Both the position numbers and the translations under genes were made by a program. A DNA stretch of 64,000 nt, taken from the NCBI GenBank assembly GCA_964304625.1, contig OZ199838.1:6993731-7057730 (forward strand), written 5' to 3'. A model generated the notes under the pieces. It was not told where the DNA came from, did not search any database, and saw nothing but the letters and a program-made list of their open reading frames with translations. The DNA is from Kudoa neothunni. Taxonomy: Eukaryota; Animalia; Cnidaria. Every line of letters starts with the position of its first letter. Within the stretch, counting starts at the first letter, position 1. Shown here in pieces: positions 54,123-64,000 of the stretch.

Positions 54123-54183
54123 TTTATAAACTACTGAAACACGTGACTATGCATATGGATTAAAGTATATCTAGAACTTAACA
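54098..54183 (-). repeat. 5' LTR (86 bp), contains the gag-pol ATG
   Basis: Direct repeat of 50269-50354. The ATG at 54122-54120 lies inside it. Confidence 0.95.
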
Positions 54184-54275
54184 CTTCCCAAAATAATTTT
54201 GTCCCAAATGTCGCTCGTAATTTTAAGTATTTTTATTTAAACTTAATACTTTTGCTTTGATACTTCCCACGCGTT

Positions 54276-54285
54276 GCGCACGCAA
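54276..54285. promoter_or_regulatory. Candidate promoter motif GCGCACGCAA between the Gypsy 5' LTR and POLRMT
   Basis: 11 bp upstream of the POLRMT ATG, identical to 21184-21193, and part of the quasi-palindrome ttgcgcacgcaa. Confidence 0.4.
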
Positions 54286-54296
54286 CTAAACCCTCT

Positions 54297-57200
54297 ATGA
54301 GAAAATTTTCATGCGTTGCTAGAATTCCACAAAACTTTTGTCTCTATAGGAATTTATGTGATTTTTCGAATGTAAAAAGAGCAGAAAAAATCGTTCTGCC
54401 GAATGTTAAATCATCTTTCAATAGCAGTAGCTTTCACGAGCTTAATTCTTTTGTTTTGAGTAAAATTTAGAGGTTTTGAGCACTGGGGAATGGTTAGATT
54501 TGGAGAATATTAATTTATCGTTTGTATCGAGCAGTGAGTTACATGCGGATAATTCAGATCATCAAATCCGCCCAAATTACGTGTATATTGATGAATTAGA
54601 AATTAACGCTCGATTAAAGATTCCATTGTGCAACAATAAAGTGATTGCAAATTATGTCAATTTATTATTTTATTTTTTCATAAGATTATCAAAGTTTTAT
54701 CGTATTTGAGGATATTATGGCTCAATAATAAAATTGATCTTATCGAAGAAAATGTGGTGAGATATATGCTGGTAGTGCTATATCAGAAAAGTCGGTTTCT
54801 GAATGATCCAATATTGTTAAAAAAATTGTTACTTGAGAATCAAGATCTCCTTAACCACAACGGTAACGACAGTACAATTTCTGTGTTGAATTTGGTGCAA
54901 CCGAAAAATCTTCTTCACACACTATCAGATGTGATCGATTGTTGAAAACTTTATTTTTAATGTCATTTTATAGTTTCTGGCTTTGGATTGGAATGGAAAA
55001 CGCAGATTCACTCCAAGTGCTAGCCAGTATGTTGATTTATTGGTTAAAAGATTGGCAGCAATCAATAAATTATGCGACAACGAAAAATTAACAACCTCTC
55101 CAATTATTGATAATATTCCTGAAATTGGCCAAAAATACTATGATAAGTATTGGTTTTCACCCTGCAAAACTACCATATCTTCAGATATTGAACAACTATA
55201 CAAGACTCAATTTGATACAGAAAAAAACTGTATTGATTGACTTACTTAATGCCAAAACGAAAGATAACTTTTATTTTTGTTAATAGATATGGTCAGTATT
55301 CCTATATGGAATAATACTAGAGATGAAGCGTCAAATGCAGCTTCTCCTGATGGGGTTGGTGTTGATAAAGATGATAATTTATATGAAAATCTGCTAAAAG
55401 ATATCACCAACCATCTAGCTCGATCTTTGATAGAATCCAGAAGTAATGTTTTCCAACAATTTTTAATATCGCCCTTTATTTGAGTACATTTATATTATGT
55501 TTTTTGTAATTTTTTAAGTTATCAGACATATACAATTTAAATATTTTCTTATAATTAAAAATGATATTTATTATTAAAAATAATATGGTTATTAGATGAT
55601 TGGAAAAGTCATGCTAAATCATATTATTCTTCATTTTCCGACGCTTTTGATGTCGATGATATCAAACACATTAGTGATTGCACTGTGAAGAGTCTATTTA
55701 TGATGGCGGGCCGATCATTCAATATTATACCCAAATCACATTTCGTTAAATGTATTAAAGGTATAATTCAGCACCGTATAAATTTTAAATGGAATGAAAA
55801 ATTGTTTTGCCATCAACATGTATGTGTACATGCTTGTGAATGTGTAAGCTGTAATTTTTGTAATTAGATGCAGTCAGTCCAATTTCACCTATACGACACT
55901 ATGTACAAACATCCCAAGCTGTGGTATCATCCCAGAGTGATCGCTAAAAATTATATGCTTGATCGTTGGGACTGCATTCCATTTGATCAATCCGAGTTAT
56001 GTTTTGACTCAATGTGTTTCACCAAGGTGACCATTCTTTACTCTCATATATCTCTTAATATGTCATTTTAGTTTGCATTGAAAACCTATGAGCAGCTTAT
56101 TGTCGTGTTGTCAATAAAATTTCCTAACCCTTATTTCTATGTTTCCAATAATAGCTTAACAATCCGCCGGGGGAAAGAATTTATTGACCTAGTGGATAAG
56201 TATCAAAAATATTTGTATTTTCCATATTATAAAGTGCCCATGTTGGTACCCCCAAAACCATTTATTGGTTCATACAGTGGAGGTTATCTGACCAATTTCA
56301 GCAGCTTTATCAATAGCACTGAGAATATTGGTACTGCCAAGTTGTGTTTTGAGAGAGCAAGGGGCGATAAATTATCTATTGTGCTTGATTCCTTAAATGC
56401 TTCTGCTTTTAACGAGCTTCGAATAAACGATTTCGTTCTCGATACTTTGATCTCGTTCGCCAATGATAACGCTGAATATCACAATCTAAATTGGCTGCAA
56501 CAAATGATCCAAATAAATACTTCTACTAAATCTGGTATGTTCTTTTTGCTGAGATGTATCACTTTCAAAGAGCGGGGTTGAGAAGATTTATTAGGGAACA
56601 TTTGGTATTATTTTAGCATACGCTTAATCATTTTTTTAAATCTACGAATTTAACTATAAATTTAATTTGGCCGTATAATAATTGGAGATTAATATTTTTT
56701 AAGATATTTATGTTAATTCTAATAAATTTTATATTTATTAAATAAATATAAAACCTGACGAATCGTTATCGTTTTCCCTGTTTTTTATCTCTAGCACCGA
56801 TTATTTATGTACTTCAGAATATTTTTATTATTTTTAAAATAATTTTCTTTTATCATAAGGAATAGAATATATTTCTCAGTCATAATTTAATTGATGATAA
56901 GAGTGAATGAGAAGAAATATTTTATAAAAATTTGGAAATCTTGTTTTTATAGTTGATTTATAAAAATAATTAAGCGAAGTTCAGTTAAATTATAAATCAT
57001 ATTGCACTTTTAAAATTGGAGCTTATTTGTGAACAACATGTAATTTTTTAAATTTTCATTGATTTTATATGATCTTTTTTTGACCAAAAATTTGGGTTAT
57101 GCCTGAGTTAAATGCCAACTATTAAATTGTAAGAAGGAATTAGTTAATCATATTTATCAATTATAAGGTCTCAAACATCATTTTGGGAGGCTAAAATTAT

Positions 57201-60124
57201 CGGAAATTCAGATTAACATAGAATTAAATGTCTAACAATTTAATTTTAAAGTAATACGACTTCAATGTAAACCTAGGTCGTTTTTGTCCTTTGAAAAATT
57301 AGAAATGCGGAATCGTTATTTTGATGCAGTAATAACCTGATTAAATTATTTATATTGTTTTTTGAAATTATGATTTGAATATGTTTGTATTAAAAAAAGT
57401 AATTAATCACATTTAAATGAAAATTTATTTGATACAAATTGCCTTCCGTTAGTATTCTGGCCAAGATATTTACGTGCTTGATAAATATCTATTCGAGTTA
57501 ATATAACTTGGTTATTTAGAATTATTTTTAAAATATTTGGAGAAAATATGAGGTGACCAAATTAAATAAAAAATATAAAACTGGAAGGATGATAATATTA
57601 ATTTTAATAAAAAGAAACTGTTGAAATTTGGAAAATATAAATTTAAATTACTCTATGAAATATTCTTCTCTTTTTATTGTGAACAAAGTAAAATTAGAAA
57701 GTTTACTTAAAAAAACTTGATTGAAAAATTCAAATAAATGGAAAATGCTCATGTCTAAAATAGTACCTCTTCCAATATCGCGCCTCTTCTGAGATTTGAT
57801 CGTTTGAGTGAAATTAAAAATTTTTTTATTGAATTTATATTTTATCGCTAACTTTGATAACATAATAATAGATGGGGGTGCTGGGACGTCGTCAACAATG
57901 GGAAATCATTACCTTCGAAATATCGTTTCTTTGGGTTGTTATCTCCGGAACAAAACCATATGGTTACCACAATACATGGATTTTCGTGGCCGTTTTTATC
58001 CCCAACCTAATATAATTTCTCATTACGGTGGTGATCTTGAAAGGTCGCTATTGATTTTTGCAAAAAAGAAACTTGTGGGCCCACAAGGTCTTAAACAATT
58101 AAAGATTTATTTTTCTACTCTTATTCATGGCTCTCAACTGCTAACCGAAGATGAACATCTCAAATTCACTGATTCCTGCGTGAACACTATCAAAGAAACA
58201 GCGGAGAATCCCAAGAAAAATCTGTGGTGGGTAAAACAAGACAAAATTTTCCAAATTCTTGCCGTGTGCAATGAAATCTACCAAACATTAAACAATATTG
58301 ACAGCTACATGTCAGGGTTTCCTATTTATATCGATGCAACTTGTAGTTCGTTCCAACATGTGGCAGCTCTCACTCGGGATCCAAAATTAGCTGAGTAATG
58401 TCAATAACCGGTTTGCACTACCCCTTATATTTATTTTGATTGTGTTTTAGGCTGACTAATTTGTGTGGTGGTTCTAATCGACAAGATCTATATATTGAGT
58501 TCTGTAAAATGCTCGGTAACTATCATCCCGGTAATTTTAATATTCCTGCTCCAGTTTAATTCTTAAGCGTCTGAACGCAATTTTTCTTATACTCTTTAAA
58601 TTCAACTTTGGTAATTGCCCTCTTTTTGGAAAAGTTCCCCGGGAACACGTACCATTTAAATAAAGTCATTTTTATTTCAGTCTAATTTTGCTGTATAATG
58701 AATTACTAATTGTCTCATTCTTTTGTATTGATAGCGCGTTATATTCAATTTACTTTTGTTATAATATGAATTGACTTGTTCATATGGCGTATTTATTTTA
58801 AAATTATAGAAACCACAATGAAGGATTTATATTTTCTAATATATTTTGTGTATGTTTATTTTTTTAATCATTATTTTATTATGTTAGATTTTTTATTACG
58901 CATTAATTAATTTTATCACTCCACCAAAAATAACGTATAGAATCTATTGTTGCTAATATTTTTAATTTAAATAAATCTTATTCTTAGAAAGATTGATTTT
59001 TATTATTTATTTAATTAATTAATTTTTGTTATTAGTCCATTATTGGAATTACTTTGAGTATTCCAAAAATTGTTGTTTCTTCCGACTCACATTTCTTGTG
59101 TTTCTTATTGATAAAGTCGATTGTATTAGTTTAATCTTAAATGATTTCTAATAAAATAATACGCTCATTTATTTAATGTTAAATCAACTCGTGTTATTTC
59201 TTGTCTCATTGTCGCAGAAATTACCAACCTAAAGTCAATTCTATGATCTAACACTTCTGTATAGTCATTTTTTAATCTCCTCAATATATTAATGTATTTA
59301 TTAAATGTTGCATCTTTGTTTGTACTATAAATAATCTGATGTAGCTTTCTCGAATCATTAAAAACAATAAAATTTCGATCACATTAAGAACTGACAGCCC
59401 ATGTTGATAGTGTTCATGGAAATAAAAATGACAAATTTCTTGTAAATAAATATATATCCAAGTTCAATTGACAATAAAATTTAAAATTGAATTTTCTGTC
59501 ACATTTTAAATTTGTTATTTTATTTTTTCAATAATTTCAAATGCATTATTTATCGCTAGGACAAATCATATCTCAGATTTAATTCAAAAGAATGTTTAAC
59601 GATAAACGTACAATATGTAATAGCGCGATAATCATTTTTAATAGTGTATACATTATTTCTTAAAATAATTTCGATTTGTGGTTTCTGTTTTGGTTACATT
59701 TAAAAATAATGGTTTAGATCTCGTCGTGGATAGAAAACTTTCAAAATTATGTCTTATAACATTTCTCTATGGAAACACAAACCTTGCTAGACACAGCCGC
59801 CATAAGTTTGCTATTATCAATACCCAAGGATCAATAACTTTGTATAACGAATCTATTAGACACACTATGTTTACAGAATTCCCATCAATCAAAAATTTAT
59901 ATGTGAGATTTAACTGTTTATTGTATGTGGATAGTTATGATTGGCTTTTTATAAAGATATGGACAAACGATATATGCCGCCGATTCAAAAAACTGGATAA
60001 ACTGATACATTGGGACACCCCCTTCAATATTCCCATATGCTTGTTTGACCGTGAGTACACCAAGATAACTCTATTCTCCAATTACTTTTTCACCGTTGTG
60101 TATCCAAAATACTTCGATGTTACG
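54297..60124 (+). CDS. POLRMT: Mitochondrial T7-type single-subunit RNA polymerase, at least 11 exons, 3' end not found in the window
   Basis: Basic presequence-like N-terminus MRKFSCVARIPQNFCLYR. Phase-consistent GT-AG introns. Motifs MDFRGRFYP, GDLERSLLIF, motif A PIYIDATCSSFQHVAALTRD, QDLY, motif B RKLSKLCLITFLYG, and WDTP. Motif C was not found. Confidence 0.88.
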
Positions 60125-60599
60125 GTATCTTAATTACTATGTACTTATAATAGGAAATGTCTATCATCGTATATAAATTTAAGCCTGTTCTTGTAATTTT
60201 TAAATCATAATTGTTTTTTAATTTTGTATGGATTATAAATGATCAACTATAATAGATTTTTAAATATAAAATTTTAATCGCTTTAAGAATTGGGGGCTTT
60301 TATGGTTTAAAAATAGTGTTGGCCCCTATTTATTGAATCATTATTAATTTCTACAGATCCAACGAGCTTTTTCTAGAATGATAATAATTTTTTATCCATG
60401 AATAAGTTAATTCAGTATTTCATGATAAAAATGTAATTTGTCTAAACTAAAATGAAAGATGACTTAAAATTATCTAAATTTCTAATTATTAATCTTTTCC
60501 GAGTTAAGACAGCGAGTGAAATAGGACTCGGAGTGATTTCGATAATTTTGACCGTTCGGAAATGAATTTATTGGGTTCATTTATAGTTGCTTTAAACAG

Positions 60600-60880
60600 A
60601 TCTTTTTGATTGGAGGTTTTTGTTCATGACATTTTACTTTAATGGATAGAAACATTCTTTAAATGGATTTGAAAACGGACTGTATGGTGTTAAGAACAAG
60701 AGTTTGTGGCCACTTTCTTCAGTTTACCACTTGATCAAATCGGTTTTGTGGAGCCGTACATCATCCATTATTAGAAGTGAATTTTAAATATCATGGACGT
60801 TGAGGCCAAACAATAATTTCTTCTTGAATAATGAGAAAATATCTGGGTTGGCTGATCGGTTCTCCAGATGGGAAGGCCAA
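60600..60880 (-). pseudogene. IS630/Tc1-type DDE transposase remnant
   Basis: Minus-strand LIMDDVRLHK...SGHKLLFLTPYSPFSNPFKECF matches the DN..H...LPPYSPDLNPIE pattern and contains stops. Confidence 0.75.
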
Positions 60881-61329
60881 AATTTTTAGACGATATCGTT
60901 GCAATCAAGGTTACATTTATTGCCGAATAATTTTGAGCATAAGGTTTGTTTTTATCTCAATGCATGATCTCCCCAATGATTTTCTCATTGGTAAAGAAAA
61001 CCCAGATTCATCAATCTAAGTGATGATGGGGTTTACAATGAAGATCAAATGTAACATAACTATAAAATATAAATAAAATTCCAACTGGATTTATAGTCAT
61101 CTTTTTCTTTTTAATGTCACTTACGGAGAATTTTCTGTCATTAGAACAAGTGATATTTTTCAATAAAATATTAAATATCTAGTTCATTAACAAATCATAT
61201 ATGATTACAAATTTATTTAATTTGGTCTAAACCAGTGTTTTCCAACGTGGGGCGTATACCCACCCATTACCCATCATCCAGTATATAAAGAAATTAAGTT
61301 TATTGCTAATATTTTGAATTGAATTTATC

Positions 61330-62117
61330 ATGTGAATATAACATACTGTTTCAATTATGCCAATGATATTTATCTTTTTAAAAAGAACTTTTGATAATTG
61401 AAACTTATTTCCATATTTTGAGTGGAACCATTCTTCCTGTAAATAGCTCTCAAATCTGGAATTACTTACCTCTTTTTTAATTCTCAATATTTTATGTTTC
61501 AAATGTCTCCTACAGGATTCTATTGTATTCGAATGCATACCGTTATATCAGAAGCCTAATGAATGATTAACAATAATATGATTGTAATTGGATTCATTCA
61601 ATTTTGGATGGTCCTTCCATTCGCTTCCGTAGATCTTAGTACCGTTGATGACTTCCTTTTGAAATGTAGGAAGTAATGTTTCCTTATTTCATCTTTTACC
61701 ATAGAGTATCTGATCACGTTAAGTTGTCTTTTTCCGTTGCTATCAACAGAAGACAGGTGTTGGCAAAAGACCCACAGACCGTCGATCCCATCATCGCATT
61801 TTTCCTGATACAAAGAAAGGGCTAATTAGTTTTTTGAAATTAAGATTGAAAACATTTGTGCACATGCCCTCCTTGAATATTTCTTTATTATTAGGTAGAT
61901 ATTCATTAATATAGCTATTTAACTAAAAAGTGACCTAGTTAAACTTTTCACATGTTATACTGGACACAGCGGCGGTGTGAGACAAAAGTTCCTCATTTAC
62001 AGAGCACTTCCATTTATCTCCCTTAAGACGTCGGCCCCTGTTACTTTTTCGTTTCCCGTGAAGTAAGCTTTCGTCGATTTTAACTACAACTTTTTCACCC
62101 CAAATAGTTTCCTATCC
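61330..62117 (-). pseudogene. Merlin (IS1595/ISXO2-like) transposase remnant, cut by a piggyBac
   Basis: Minus-strand fragments VVKIDESLLHGKRKSNRGRR, GLWVF, IVNHS, HSNTIES and SYLQEEWF are Merlin motifs. Frameshifted. Confidence 0.85.
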
Positions 62118-62121
62118 TTAA

Positions 62122-64000
62122 CCCTTTCATGCGAAATGTCCACCCTAGTACCAACAAAATTAAACATCCCATAAAAATGCACGTTAAATTTATTTAGATA
62201 ATTTATTGAATTATAGAATTTTATAAAAGTTAATTGTTTGTTTTCAGTAATGGTCGATTATGTAAACTAAGAGATCTAGCATTTATAGTAAGTTTAATAG
62301 TAATCCTTACATAAAATCAACAAGGAATACAAGAAATTCACATTTATACACATGCAGCCAATTTTTTCCTATCAAAAAAAAATTAAAATTACGAAACGTT
62401 AAAACGTTGTTTAATGCGCTATATTTCATAAGATATATAGCAACCTATCAAAAGATAATGACTGCTCAACACGTGGGTACTAGGATGGACATTTGACATT
62501 CGTGGATCTCCGGATTTCTAATACATGGATCACGATTTGGTTTTTAAATGTTCAACAGAGGGAAATACGACAACTAAAATTGTGGTAATTTCTGATGCCG
62601 ATATTTCTGATCCAGAAGAATACGTTTAAGATTTTGGAACACAGAATCTCGAACGAAGGGTGCTTGAAGCGTACACCGAAAATAATCAAGATTCAGACTG
62701 TTCTGATGAGGAAGTTGTACCAACCTTTAAGTGGAATGTAAGTGAAACCTTTGCAAATATGCCAAATAATTCGGAGACTGTAGATATTGTTTTTAGTGAA
62801 GTTACCGATAGATTATATCAACTTCTTTTTCAATGAAGATCTGATTCTGTTAATTATTGAACAAACAAATTTATATTCGGTTCAGCAAAATTCTAGTTTT
62901 CAAGTTGGTAAAGAAGATAAAAAGTTGATAGGAACGTTGATTATCATGGGAGTTGTTAAAATACCGAGATATCGTTGCTATTGGTCTAAAACTCTAAATT
63001 ACCTACCTGTTTCTGAGTTTATGTCGAGAACCCACTTCGAAGGTATTTCAAAATATTTACACTTCACTGATAATTCAAAAATTATCACAAGTCCGAATTC
63101 TTCAGAATATGATAAATTTGCAAAGATTCGACCGGTTTTGGATTCGATTAGAACAAATTGTTTGAAAGTTGAATGTGGACGAAAGAATTCAATTGACAAA
63201 CAAATTATTCCATTCAAAGGTGGGTGTAAAGCGAAACAATATGCTCCGAATAAACCGACGAAATGGGGATTTTAAATGTTCGTGAGGTGTGGAGTTAAGG
63301 GACTAGTGCAGGATTTTTATCTGATGATGCGAAAAAACCTGATGTGGTTAAAGTTGTGCGAGAGTTTTCCCTTGTCCAAAACATATTTTGTCAACTTCGA
63401 CAACTGGTTTACATCCATTCCCTTTCAAATTTTATTAAAAAAAGGAGCATTTACTCGGGGGAACCATTCGCAAGAATAGAGCAAAGGGATGTCCATTACA
63501 GAATCAGACTGATTTGAAAACTCAGGGGCATTCGAGAGTGTGCACGACTCTAATAATAATATTTCCATAAAGCGTTGGTTTGATGGATCTGTTGTAACTC
63601 TCTCATCTACCCATTCTTCAAACCAACCGATTAAAATGGCGAAAAGATTTGACCGCTCCAAAAAATCATGATTGACATTCCGTGTCCTGCAGATGTAGAC
63701 GAATATAACCAAAATATGGGAGAAGTGGACCTTTCAGATATGTTGATGTCGCTCTACATAACGAAACATAAATGTAAGAAATATAACATGCGAATTTTCT
63801 TCTGCACCCTCAGTACATGTATTATAAATGCGTGATTATTACACACACGAAAATGAAATATTCAAAAAATTTCTAAGAGAGATAGACTGGACTTGATGAA
63901 TTTTTCATTGAAAATAAGCGAAAGTCTTCGTTATTACCAAATAGCAAGTGCTCCCAAAAAACGTGGTAGACCGTCTCTTAATAATTCTTTGGAAAAAATT
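62122..64000 (+). mobile_element. Decayed piggyBac (PGBD3-like) running off the window end
   Basis: TTAA|ccctt start. Internal inverted repeat aatgtccaccctagtacc versus ggtactaggatggacatt at about 62477. Transposase fragments KIRPVLD, SIDKQIIPFKG..KQYAPNKPTKWGF, FDNWFTS and YNQNMGEVD with frameshifts. Confidence 0.9.

Larger units (their letters stand above)
50269..54183 (-). mobile_element. Intact ultra-compact Ty3/Gypsy LTR retrotransposon (3915 bp)
   Basis: Two 86-bp direct repeats TGTTAA...TTAACA with one mismatch. 5-bp TSD cttcc (50264-50268 and 54184-54188). PBS, PPT and an uninterrupted gag-pol ORF are present. Confidence 0.97.

Noticed and set aside
54297-60124. T7-like RNA polymerase as evidence of a prophage or viral insert
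   Set aside because: The gene has many phase-consistent spliceosomal introns and a presequence-like N-terminus, and no phage genes are nearby. It is the nuclear mitochondrial RNAP.
62787-63479. Domesticated PGBD gene
   Set aside because: Frameshifts and stops split the DDD domain, and the TTAA/TIR end is retained, so it is a decayed transposon.
1-64000. tRNA, rRNA or snRNA genes and an alternative genetic code
   Set aside because: No cloverleaf or rRNA-like GC-rich segment was seen by eye. In-frame stops in host genes are explained by short introns under the standard code.

Overview
AT-rich eukaryotic nuclear DNA with mostly 30-60 nt GT-AG introns. The gene set and strong protein divergence suggest a fast-evolving animal, possibly a myxozoan-like parasite (inference only). 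Host genes reconstructed by hand: Vps18 (-, 11170-21128), a paxillin-family LD/LIM gene (+, 21690-26428), Med31 (-, 26602-27112), two tandem POMGnT1-like GT13 glycosyltransferases (+, 27968-30207 and 33732-45069) and a highly divergent T7-type mitochondrial RNA polymerase (+, 54297 to beyond 60124; 3' end not found). Most remaining DNA is decayed, deeply nested transposons: piggyBac, pogo/Tigger, hAT, MULE, Merlin, Tc1 and Helitron. The only intact element is an extremely compact Ty3/Gypsy retrotransposon (3915 bp, 86-bp LTRs, 5-bp TSD). Its single gag-pol ORF starts inside the 5' LTR and reads through the PBS. It sits head-to-head 113 bp upstream of the POLRMT start codon, next to a GCGCACGCAA motif that also occurs at other gene starts. 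The main hypothesis is an element with almost no promoter of its own that borrows a host promoter. Exon boundaries are manual and approximate.
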